This document shows positions 39,186-54,300 of a stretch of 64,000 bases of DNA, in pieces (position 1 is the stretch's first letter; every line of letters starts with the position of its first letter). The notes below the pieces were generated by a model. That model ran no database searches. It had not been told where the DNA came from and was given only the letters and a program-made list of their open reading frames with translations. The stretch lies in the NCBI RefSeq assembly GCF_009914755.1, contig NC_060927.1, one strand, 5' to 3'. The stretch comes from the human T2T-CHM13v2.0 reference genome, Homo sapiens. A program made the position numbers and the translations under genes.

Positions 39186-40769
39186 AAGGCAGCATTAAGT
39201 AGAGGGTATGGGGAGAAGAATTGCATTTCCTTAGTCCATCATTGAGGGTTGCTGTGAGAGGCTCAAGAGAATGGGAAAGGACTCAAGTACTCAAAGCATC
39301 AGCAATGCACAGGCTTTTCACCCCATCTTCTGATGAAATCCATAAAATAGCCAACAATATAAGATAATACCCCATAGATGCTCCATTGTTTCAAATATAA
39401 GGGCTTCTCATTTTTTTCCCATGAATGTTGTCATACTTTCAGATCATAATAGAATTCTCAAGAAATGAGTCATTGGGAAAATTAACTGCTCATAATCTCC
39501 TGAGTAGTTAATAACTTGCTCTCTGCCATGTTATTCATTTTCCCGTTGCAAAAAGGTATCTGTGATGTAGGTAAAGGTCAAAGAACATCAGATATAGAAA
39601 CTAAAAATAAATTACTTATCTAGAAGTCATCCCTAATACATAACATTTTCCATGATTGAAAAATGCAATTGTTAGATTTTCATGAAACTCTACATTTTTA
39701 TCTGGATGCCTGGGATTTCACTAGATTCTACCTGAGAGCCATTACACAGCAATGGAAGGCCTCCATAAGTAAGGGCCAAATTTTAAAGGAGTAAAGAGGT
39801 TAGTAGTTTAGATTTTTTTTTTCTTTTATGCCTAGTATTTAAAGTTGATAATGATGCTGACTTTTTAGTGCTTTGGTGAAATGTAAAGACAAATATTATT
39901 TGGATAAAATTTTGCAAAATTTGGGGAATGCAAAAAACCTTGTCCTTCCTTAGGCTTTACTCTCTAGGGAGTGGGGCTGTGCATGTTGAGAAGACAGCAT
40001 TTGAGGACATTGTTGCCTTCGCACCTTTTCATTCCAGCATAAAGATGCATGAAGCTTGTTCAGCATTGGCATATCTAAAAACCAATCTATGAGAAGAAAA
40101 CAGTATAGGTATAGAAGCAATAGAGAAGCTAATCAAAGGGTTTGACAATCTTTTAAAAATGCATTTCTCTGGAATATACCTGATTTTTCCTTGATGGCAT
40201 TTCAAAGCAAGGATGGTCTAGAGACAAAATTGTTTGACCTATCATTGCCACGTCTGCAGAGAACTTCTAAAATCAAACACAAGATGAAAAATTATTGCAT
40301 GTTCACTTAGGCCCTCACCTAGGTTTGATTTTTTAACTTCCCAATTCAGGATGAAAGACTAGCCTTCCATTTGCTATAGTGACTCATACACTTTCAGATG
40401 GCATCTCTGCATGATTTGGCTTTTTGTTTCCTGAGTGAAATTTTGTCTAATAACTAGTTGGAGTAAGAGAGCCAAACAAAATATCATGTTCAGAGTACTC
40501 AATTTCTGTCAGTTTTCATCTCTTACTGAGCAGTGAAAGATGATGCCTTGAGGTGTTCTTTCATTTTCATGATTTAGGGGATTCACGGCTATGGATTTTT
40601 CTTACAAATTCATGTCCTGATTTTAGTTCTATTTTCATTTCTTGTGGTCAAAGTTATTAGGTTATTAAAGAATTTCTCCTATTACAGCAATGAAATTCAG
40701 GAAGATTGTCCTGCCAATGCTAGGAATAAGTACTAATAAGACAGTGAACTTTTAAATTGTTTGAATTTA

Positions 40770-41800
40770 TCATATTTATCCATAACTAAGAAATATTTCC
40801 AAAGCACAGAAAATTTAGGAGAATATTATATAAAATATAACCATTTTGTTCTACTTGCTTTACAATTTTTAAAATAGAATAACATTTTACAAAAAGTTGA
40901 AGCTACTCTGTGTACCTTCCTCTGATACAATAACTGAGAGAGGCCCAAATTCGTTTTTATCACTCCCTTGCAAGTTTTTACACTCTAAAACTGTGTGTAT
41001 CTATAAAAAACATGTAGAACTGATCTGCATCTTTTCTAGCTTTACATAAATACTATTGCACTACACATACCATCCCATTATTCACTATTTTCACACCACT
41101 CTATGGTTTTGAAATTGGTCCATGATAATACATGTAATTTTAGTTCACTTATTTTAATTGTTGTATTGTGTTTCATTGAACAAATATATCAAAACATAGT
41201 TAATCATTTCCTGCTGATGGACATTTAGGTTACAAATAATGTTGTAGCAAACATTTTATATATATATACCTTTTTGTTCATGTGGGATAAAGTTTTTCTA
41301 GGACTGAATATTTTTATCTTCACAAGATATTGCTAAATTACTCTCTAAAGTGGTAGAGAGTAATTTATCCTCCTATCACTGTATAGAAATTCTGTATTTC
41401 TTCACATCCACACCAAATATTAGTAATTTCAGGCTTCTAAAAATGTCTGCTGACTTGATGGATGTGAAATAATATCTTAGGTTTAAATTTACATTCTCCT
41501 GATTGCTACTGAGGTTATGCATTTCTTTAATTTCTATGGGTCACTTAGGGTCCCCTTTGTGAATTGCCTCTTCATTTCCTTTACTACTTTTCTATTGGCT
41601 TGCTTGGTTTTTTTTAGAGTTGTTCTGTACATTTATGAGTTATAAATATCTTTTCCCAGACTGTAGCTTTTAAAAAAATTGTTTATGGTATCTCTTATTG
41701 ACAGAAGTTTCTAATTTTAATGCATTAGGAATTGTCAATCTTTTCTTTTGTGATTGGCACTTCCTGTGTTTTGCTTGATAAGTATTTCCAGCAAATGCCA
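40770..41800 (-). mobile_element. L1ME-like fragment
   Basis: ctgatggacatttaggtt, ttgctaaattactctctaaagtggt, ttcacatccacaccaaatatt. Confidence 0.75.
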
Positions 41801-41842
41801 AACTGATCATTTTAATATAAAAAAAGTTTTTTAAAAATTAAC

Positions 41843-45166
<3,324 letters not shown>

Positions 45167-45214
45167 CAAAGATTAAGTGTTTTCAATTGAAATTCATGAA
45201 AATGGGGGTGAAGA

Positions 45215-46900
45215 TGAAATATTTTAAATTTGAAATCATCTTACACTTACCAAAAGTTTTAAAATATAACACAGAAAACTCTTATATACCATTCACCTAA
45301 CTTCTCCTAATATTAACATCTTGCATAACCACAGTAAAATTAATGACATCAAGAAATGACCCTGGACACAATAATACTATTAACTGATCTAGAGACTTTA
45401 TTTGAATTTTGCCAGTTGTACCACCAATACCCATTTTCTAATCCAAGATTCAATCCATAACCCTATCTTGCCTTAAGTGTTATAGTTTGTCTTCTCCAAT
45501 CTATTACAATTCCTCTGTTTTTGTTTGTCTTTTATGATTTTGACATTTTGAAGAGCATAGACCAGTTATTCTGTAGAATGTCACTGAATTTGAATTTGTC
45601 TGACGTTTTCCCATGATTAAATTCAAGCTATGCATTTTTGGCAAGAATTCCATGGTAGTAATATTGGGACCTTCTCAGAGCATCACGTCAGAGCATACAG
45701 GATGTTGATATGTGTTAGTACATTATGTCTTATTACAAAATTTTAACGTTTATACCTTGGTTAAGGTGGTGTCTGCTAGGTTTCTCCACTGTAAAGTTAT
45801 TATTTTTTCTTTTGTTATTAGTAAGTATCTGGTGAGGAGATAGTTTAAAGCCAGGCAAATACTCTGCTTCTTCTCCTACCTTAATACTAATTTTAGCATT
45901 CATCTGTGACTCTTACCTGTAATAGGTACTATTTTTGCCCTAATGGTGATTTTCTACTTTCACCATTCTTTCTACATTTATTAATTAGAATTTGATGCTA
46001 GCAAAATCTTATCCTTGTCACTCATTTTTAAATTTATTCAATCATTTATATCACTATGGACTATGGGTTTTAATCTAATGTGTCTTTGTTTATTTTGGTT
46101 CTCAAATTGACCTTGATTTGGTCATTGAGTTTCTTTAAGTTGTTCTTCAATGTGCTCCCATCAATTTTTAGCATTTTCTTTATTTCTAACACCACAAGAT
46201 ATTCCAGGATGGTCTTACACCTTCTCTGCCTCAGACCTGGAATCCAGCATTCCTTCAAGAACTCTGGTTCCTTTTACTGAAGGATGATATTAAGAAATGA
46301 AGGCCTGGGTATTCTCATTACTGCTGAAAAAGCTTTGCTCCTAGGCTCTCTCAGTGGACAGAGGTAGGAAATATGTGTATGTAAACTAACCTATGCATAT
46401 ATACATATCTGTATTTATTTTTATTTTATTTTATTTTATTTTATTTTGTTTTTTGAGACGGAGTCTCACTCTGTTGCGGAGGCTGGAGTGTAGTGGCGTG
46501 ATCTCGGCTCACTGCAAGCTCCGCCTCCAGGGTTCAGGCCATTCCCTTGCCTCAGCCTCCTGAGTAGCTGGGACTACAGGCACCAGCCATCACGCCCAGC
46601 TAATTTTTTGTATTTTTAGTAGAGACGGGGTTTCACCATGTTAGCCAGGATGGTCTCGATCTCCTGACCTCATGATCCACCCGCCTCAGCCTCCCAAAGT
46701 GCTGGATTATAGGTGTGAGCCACTGCGCCCGGCCGTCTGTATTTATTTTTATATCCACTGATATTTATATTAAAAACTGATATAGTTACCTCAGATTCCG
46801 GTTCACCACCACAGGTTTTATTCTAACTTTCTTTCATTCTTTTTTTGTAATTCCTTTCTCTAACAGTAAGAAAACTCATTCTTATTCTCCACAATATATT
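45215..46900 (-). mobile_element. L1MC4/5-like 3' UTR, interrupted by an Alu
   Basis: aacatcttgcataaccacagta, ttggttaaggtggtgtctgctaggtttctccactgtaaagtta, cagacctggaatccagcattccttcaagaactctggttcctttt. Confidence 0.8.
46413..46734 (-). mobile_element. AluY with (TTTTA)n tail
   Basis: Antisense dimer with Y diagnostics; TSD tctgtatttatttt. Confidence 0.94.
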
Positions 46901-46997
46901 TTCATATGAAAATTGACCTTTAATGGTTACCAAAGTGGCACTGTTTTTATATGGCCCATTTTGTTCTTACTTTTAACTTCAACTACTTTCCTTGCAG

Positions 46998-47013
46998 TTC
47001 AGACTTCATAAAG
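46998..47013 (+). other. Candidate 16-nt microexon with consensus donor
   Basis: ttttaac branch-like motif, ctactttccttgcag acceptor, TTCAGACTTCATAAAG, donor AAG|GTAAGT. Confidence 0.3.
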
Positions 47014-47866
47014 GTAAGTTTGTCAATAGAGACAAATGGAGATTACCAGCTCTGTAGATTATGCAGTTAAATAGTGCATAGGGATCATGGTTGAAAAGCA
47101 AACACAGACATCTAATTAGTGTTTTTAAGTAACTCCATTTTACTAGGTTAATTTCATATTGCTTCCAGAAAATTAATCACTTGATGAATCTTGTTGAATG
47201 CAATGCTAGCACCCTTCATCAGGATTTACAATAAAAATAGCAAATTGAGACTGAACATATCCAGTAGTATATGTCAGACATGTCCTAGAAACTGAAAACA
47301 AACAAAATTAATATTATGCATTATTTTAATTTTGTAAAGGATGTTGGAACACTCTGTCTTCGAATGATGACATACAAAACTAGCTTGCCCTATTCTAGTT
47401 GTATAATGACCAGAATAAATTACTGTCAATTAGGCATTTGCTTTTCATTTATATTAAGCTTAAAATGTTAGCTGTATCATTTGAATAATGTATGCACCTA
47501 TTTTAACTAATAGTCTTATTTTTCTAGCTACTTAGTTTAGAAATGACAATTTTAGCTTTAAAGCATGTTTTGATTTGTAAATTTGTTACTCAATCTCTTT
47601 TCCTTATAAACAGATTTCTTAACATCCATAAATTTAGCAGTTAAGTACTTTTATTATATTCATGAAAGTCCTCATTAGTGAGGTGGATATCTCATATGAT
47701 TTTTTAAAAATATAGAAATAACAATTGCCATGGCAAATGTGAGTTACAGACACAATATTCAGAAGGTTGTTTTAGGAAATATCTACACACACATAAAGGG
47801 TGAATATTGAGCAAAGGGTACCAAATTTTTGCTATCAAAGTATGCACAAGAGAGCATGAGACTTAA

Positions 47867-48203
<337 letters not shown>

Positions 48204-48433
48204 TTTTAAATTTAATTCTAAGCAGCAATGTTTTTATAGTGAAGACTGTTAAACCCTGAGCTATGCTCTTGAAGATGAGGTTTTAGAATTTTTTTCTCTC
48301 AAGGTCTTTATGAACTAATGAATTTATAAATTAATACATTTAGAATTTTAGGATGGGTGAGGTGTGATCTCACCTTAATGCCTTAATGTAGAGACATAGA
48401 CTTAATGAGCTCCCAAAAGGCTGCATTCTAGTC

Positions 48434-48586
48434 TTGTTTGTTTTTGGTTGTTGTTTTTTTCTGAGACAGTCTTGCTCTTACTCTGTCACCCAGGCTGGAG
48501 GGCAGTCATGTGAACACAGCTCACTGCAGCCTTGACCTCCTAAGCTCAAGCAATCCTCCCACCTCAGCCTCCTGAGAAGCTGGGAC
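48434..48586 (-). mobile_element. Partial AluJ right arm / FRAM
   Basis: gagacagtcttgc..tgtcacccaggctggag ... cactgcagccttgacctcctaagctcaagcaatcctccc. Confidence 0.85.
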
Positions 48587-48761
48587 AAGATTCTAAGAAT
48601 GCCATTTGCACTTAGAATTTACATTGGAATGGGATCAAGAAGTCTCGCTGCTCCTACCTGTCCATAGAGAAGTGACACCTATAGAAATGATGTGAGAAAG
48701 CTCAAGAACACACATCTACATGTTGGTAGGTTTGGGACAAGAGCTCTTGCTGATATGCTGG

Positions 48762-49678
48762 TGTAGGGAAGATAAAACAGTATCTTTTCCTTCACCATGA
48801 CAAAGTTTATGGCCAAAACAAAAGACAGATTAACAAGAGAAAAGCATAGCACATCTATTTACCCAAAGTTTTATGTGACATGGGAGCCTTCAAAAATGAA
48901 GAGCCAAAGACCCAGGGAAAACTGTATTTTGCTGCTGAGGTTCAGTTAAGAATAGCCAGTCATGTAGAAGTAAGATTGGACAAAAAGGGTATGATCTAAT
49001 GGTAATAAACTGGGGGAACTTAGCAAGGCCTGTTTGTTAAGATTCATTTCTGTGCCTCTGTCTTTATACCTTTCCTCTTGGTATGGGGCACAATGCCTGT
49101 CATGTGAGGATCTTTAGGGAAGAAGCGAAGCATTCTTTTTGTGGTCTAGTGTCCCTGCCAAATCTCCTGTTAAGTTGTAATTCCCAGTGTTGAAGGTGGG
49201 TCCTGGTGGGAGGTATCTGGGTATGGGGGTGGATCTCTCATGGTTTGGTCCTGTCCTCACTATAGTGAGTTCTCACAAGACCTGGTTGTTTAAAAGTGTG
49301 TGGTACCCCTCTCCCCCACTCTCTCTCTTGCTTCTGTTTTCACCGTGTGAGTTGCTGCTAAATTCCCCTTTGTCTTCTGCCATGATTGAAAGCTTCCTGA
49401 GGCCTCATCAAAAGCCAAGCAGATGCCAGCACCATGCTTCCTGTAAAGCCTGCAAAACCATGGGCCAATTAAACCTCTGTTCTTTATAAATTACCCAGTC
49501 TCTGCCTTCAGCAGAGCACACTGGGGTACTCACACAGGGCTGTGGATGTCTGTATAGCAATGCAAGAATGACCTAGCTACATGGCCTCAGAGAATAAATG
49601 CAGGGGAAGGTCAGAGAGTGATGTTTCTATTCATGCTAAGATGTCGTATTTTGGGATACCACGTTCTGAGCCACAACA
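48762..49678 (-). mobile_element. MER31-like ERV1 solo LTR split by an MST LTR
   Basis: aaagacagattaacaagagaaaagcat, gttttatgtgacatgggagcc, ggggaaggtcagaga, ends ttctgagccacaaca. Confidence 0.75.
49137..49581 (+). mobile_element. MaLR solo LTR (MSTB-like)
   Basis: ccaaatctcctgttaagttgtaattcccagtgttg, gccatgattgaaagcttcctgaggcctc, ctttataaattacccagtctc. Confidence 0.88.
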
Positions 49679-49679
49679 G

Positions 49680-49920
49680 CAAAATAATAATAACAGTAAA
49701 ATATTTTGTATAGTATACTACATAATTTTTAGGATTTTGGGGGCCTATATTTTATGTAGCCATCGTATCAACTATGTGAATTAGTGAATATACTATTCTT
49801 ACTCTGTGTTTAGGTAAACTGAGGCACAGAGATTTTAGAACACTTCTCTAAGTTCAAGAGGCAGAGTAAGGACTTGAATGTTCATTTTTCGACATAAGCC
49901 AGTGTTCTTCCAAGTTACTT
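49680..49920 (-). mobile_element. MIR
   Basis: taggtaaactgaggcacagaga ... ggcagagtaaggacttgaa. Confidence 0.55.
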
Positions 49921-50053
49921 GCTGCCTTTTGTTTGAGAATATTTGGAATTAAATGTAAATCCGACATAAGTGGAGATTACATATGTTTGGATTCAGACAA
50001 AACTGCACTTGTTGTGGGAAAAGAGGCATAGTGTTTTAGTAGCTGAATTTAGA

Positions 50054-50885
50054 CCAGCACTTCTCAAAGAGTCCTCTGAAAAACATTAGCTCTATGAGAT
50101 AATGGTAGGTTTGTTAATTGAGGTTTGACTCAAACCTTGTTAATTGAGGTTTGACTCAGCCTTGAGTAACAGAAAAAAAAAATCACAATTACATACACAA
50201 GATTGAAGATTATTTCTCTCTCACATAAAGAAGTCTAGAGCTTGGCCCTATTTGACTGGTGTGGTGGCCCACAATAAGGAGTCTGGGTCCTGCTGTCTTG
50301 CAACTTTCTTGTCTTTAGTGAGCCCCTCCTCCTGGTTCAACTTCTGAGGCTGTAGCCAACACTGCATTCTGATCAGCTGAAAGGAGGAAGGGGGCAACTG
50401 AAAGATAGGAATGCTCCTTGCCTTTAAGGGTATTTCTAAGTTGCCACACACATTATGTCCACTTACATCTCATTGGTCAGAACTTAGTTACTTGACCAGA
50501 TGTAGCAGCAAGGGGATCTGGGCAAGAAAACTTTTTGGCTGAATGGCAATGTACCCAGCTAAAATGGGATTTATTGTAAAAATGAAGAAGGGATAAATGG
50601 CTATGAGAACTGACTCTATCTATGACTGCTACATGCCCATAAAGGTAAGCTCCATTTGAAAAAGAATTTTTTGTGGTCAAATAAGGCTTAGAAATGCAAG
50701 AGTAAATAAAGTTAAACAAGTGTCTTTAACACGAGGCTTCTCAAAGATGCCAATGCATATTGCAAAACTTTAAGAGTGGGATATGCTATGTAAAGTTCCT
50801 ACACTTATTTGACTATAGAACTCTTGACCCATGAAGTATTTATTGGGATTAGTGGTCCACAGAATATACTTTGAGGAAATACTGC
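50054..50885. mobile_element. hAT-Charlie MITE split by an MLT1J LTR
   Basis: TIR-like cagcacttctcaaag ... ctttgaggaaatactg; internal tgtggtcaaataag and cacttatttgactatagaac. Confidence 0.55.
50137..50634 (-). mobile_element. MaLR solo LTR (MLT1J-like)
   Basis: gagtaacagaaa, ttatttctctctcacataaagaagtctagag, cacttacatctcattggtcagaacttagt, tgtacccagctaaaat. Confidence 0.78.
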
Positions 50886-51329
50886 TGTAAACTGTTGAAT
50901 CCGGAATGGATAATTCCTATCTGTTCCCTGCTGCCAGGTTACTTACTGAAGAAGGCATTGAGCCTTCTCTGACTTACTTAACTTGATTTTATTCTATTTG
51001 TGAGTCAAAGATGTGGTGAAACATACATAATGAGCATGACTGTGGAGCAATTTGCAAATATAAATGATTGTAGAAATGCCAAATAATTACTTTAAAGAGG
51101 AAATTCTTAAATTTTTGCCTAAAAATATGTTGAGCAATTTTCAGGTAATAATTCAGCATTCTGTAATACCTCTAGTAAGGGAGAGAGGGCTTTTGAATAA
51201 TACAATAATAATAGCTACCAGTTGTTGAGCATGCAGAGAACCCTGCCTCAGCAGACCACACTGGGGTACTCACATAGGGCTGTGGATGCTCCCATGGCCA
51301 TGGACCAGGCAATTCTAAGTTTACCCTGT

Positions 51330-54300
51330 TTTTTTGTATGTCTTCTTTTGAAAAATGTGTATTCAGATCCTTTGTCTCTTTTTTAATTGGGTTGTTTTCT
51401 TACTATTATTTGAGTTTCTTTTACATTTTGAATATTAATTCCTTACCAGACATATGGTTTGTAAATACATTCTTGCATAGTGTAGGTTGTCTCTTCACTT
51501 TGTTGATTGGTTCCTTGGCTGTGAAGCTTTTTAGTTTGATGCCATTCTATTTTACTATTTTTGCTTTTGTTGCCTGTACTTTGGGGTTCATATTCAAGAA
51601 ATCATTGCCCAGACCAATATCATGGAGGTTTTCCCTTATGTTTTTTTTTTTAGTAATTATACAGTACAGTTTCAAGTTGTAAGTCTTTGATCCTTTTTTT
51701 TATTTCATTTTATTATATTTCAATAGTTTTACAGGAACAGGTGGTGTTTGGTTACATGGATAAGTTCTTTAGTGGTGATGTCTGAGGCTTTGATGCATCC
51801 ATCACCTGAGCAGTGTACACTTGACCCAATGTGTAGTCTTTTATCCCTCATCCACCTTCCACCCTTTCCTCTGAGTCCCCAAAGTCCACTGTATTATTCT
51901 TATGCCTTTGCAGCCTCATAGCTTAGCTCCCACTTATGAGCGAGAACATATGATGTTTGGTTTTCCATTCCTGAGTTACTTCACTTAGAATAATAGTCTC
52001 CAACTCCATCCAAGTTGCTGTGGATGCCATTATCTCATTCCTTTTTATGGCTGCGTAGTATTCCATAGTATATATGAACCACATTTTCTTTATCCACTTA
52101 TTGATTGATGAACATTTGGGCTAATTCCATATTTTTACAGTTGTGAATTGTGCTGCTGTAAACATGCATGTGCAAGTGTCTTTTTCATATAATCACTGCT
52201 TTTCTTCTGGATAGATACCCAGTAGTGGGATTGCTGCATCAATGGTAGATCTACTTTTAGTTCTTTAAGGAATTTTCATACTGTTTTCAATAGTGGTTGT
52301 ACTATTTTACATTCCCACCAGCAGTGTGAAAGTGTTCCCCTTCACCACATCCACACCATCTGTTATTTAAAAATTTTTTTTTATTATGGCCATTCTTTCA
52401 GGAGTAAGGTGGTATTGCACCATGATTTTGATTTGCATTTCCCTGATCATTAGTGATGTTGAGCATTTTTTCATACATTTGTTGGCCATTTGTAGATCTT
52501 CTATTGAGAATTGTCTATTCATGTCCTTAGCCCACTTTTTGATGAGATTTATTTTTTCTTGCTGAATTGTTTGAGTTTCTTTTAGGTTCTGGATATTAGT
52601 CCTTTTTCAGATATATAGATGTACAGATTGTGAAGATTTTCTCCCACTCTGTGGCTTGTCTGTTTACTCTTCTGATTGTTTCTTTTGCTGTGCAGAAGCT
52701 TTTTAGTTAAATTAAGTCCCATCATCTATTTATCTTTGTTTTTGTTTCATTTGTTTTTGGGTTTTTGATCATGAAGTCTTTGCTTAAGCCAATGTCTAGA
52801 AGGGTCTTTCTGATGTTATCTTCCAGGATTTTTATAGTTTCAGGTCTTATATTTAAGTCCTAGACCCATCTTGAGTTGGTTTTTGTATAAGGTGAAAGAT
52901 GAGGATCCAGTTTATTCTTCTACATGTGGCTTACAAATTATCCCAGCACCATTTGTTAAATAGAATGTCCTTTTCCCACTTCATGTTTTTGTTTGCTTTG
53001 TTGAAGATCAGTTGGCTGTGAGTATTTGGGTTTACTTCGGGGTTCTCTATTCTGTCCCATTGGTCTATGTGCCTATTTTTATATCAGTACCATGCTGTTT
53101 TGGTGACTATGGCCTTATAGTATAGTTTGAAGTCAGGTAATGTGATGCCTCCAGATTTGTTCTTTTTGTTTAGTCTTGTGCTTTGGCTATGTGGGTTCTT
53201 TTTTGGTTCCATCTGAATTTTAGGATGGTTTTTGCTAGTTCTTTGAAGAGTGATTATGGTGCTTTGATGGGAATTGCACTGAATGTGTAGATGGCTTTTG
53301 GTCAATATGGTCATTTTCACAATATTGATTCTACCCAACCAAGAGCATGGAATGTGTTTTCATTTGTGTGTGTCATCTATGATTTCTTTCAGCTGTGTTT
53401 TGTAGTTTTGCTTGTCTTTCACCTCCTTGGTTAGGTATATTCATAAGTATTTTGGTTTTTTTTTGCAGCTATTGTAAAAGAGGTTGAGTTCTTGATTTGA
53501 TTCTCAGCTTGGTTGCTGTTGATACATAGGAGAGATATTGATTTGTATATGTTAATTTTGTATCTTGAAACTTTATTGAATTCATTTATCAGTTACAGGA
53601 GCTTTTTGGATGAGTCTTTAGGTTTTTCTAGGTATATGATTATATCATTGGAACAGCGACAGTTTGACTTCCTCTTTACCAATTTAAATGTCCTTTATTT
53701 CCTTCTCTTGTCTGATTGCTCTGGCTAGGACCTCCAGTACTATGTTGAATAAAAGTGGTGAAAGTGGACATTCTTGTCTTGTTCCAGTTCTCGGGGGGAA
53801 TGCTTTCAACTCTTCCCTGTTCAATATAATGTTGGCTGTGGGATTGACATAGATGTCTTTTATTACCTTAAGGTATGTCCCTCCTATGCTGATTTGCCAA
53901 GGGTTTTAATCATAAAGGGATGCCGTATTTTGTCAAATGCTTTTTCTGCATCTATTGAGATGACCATGTGATTTTTGTTATTAATTCTGTTTATGTGGTG
54001 TATCACATTTATTCACTTGCATATGTTAAAACATCTCTGCATTCCTGGTATGACATCTGTGCATTCCTGGTATGAAACCCACTTGATCATGGTGGATAAT
54101 TTTTTTGGTAAGCTATTGGATTTGGTTAGCTAGCATTTTGTTGAGGAGTTTTGCATCTGTGTTCATCAGGGATATTGGCCTGTAGTTTTCTTTTTTTTGT
54201 TATGTTCTATCCTGGTTTTGGTATTAGGGTGAAACTGGCTTCATAGAATGATTTAGGGAGGATTCCCTCTTTCTCTGCCTCTTGAAATAGTGTCAACAGG

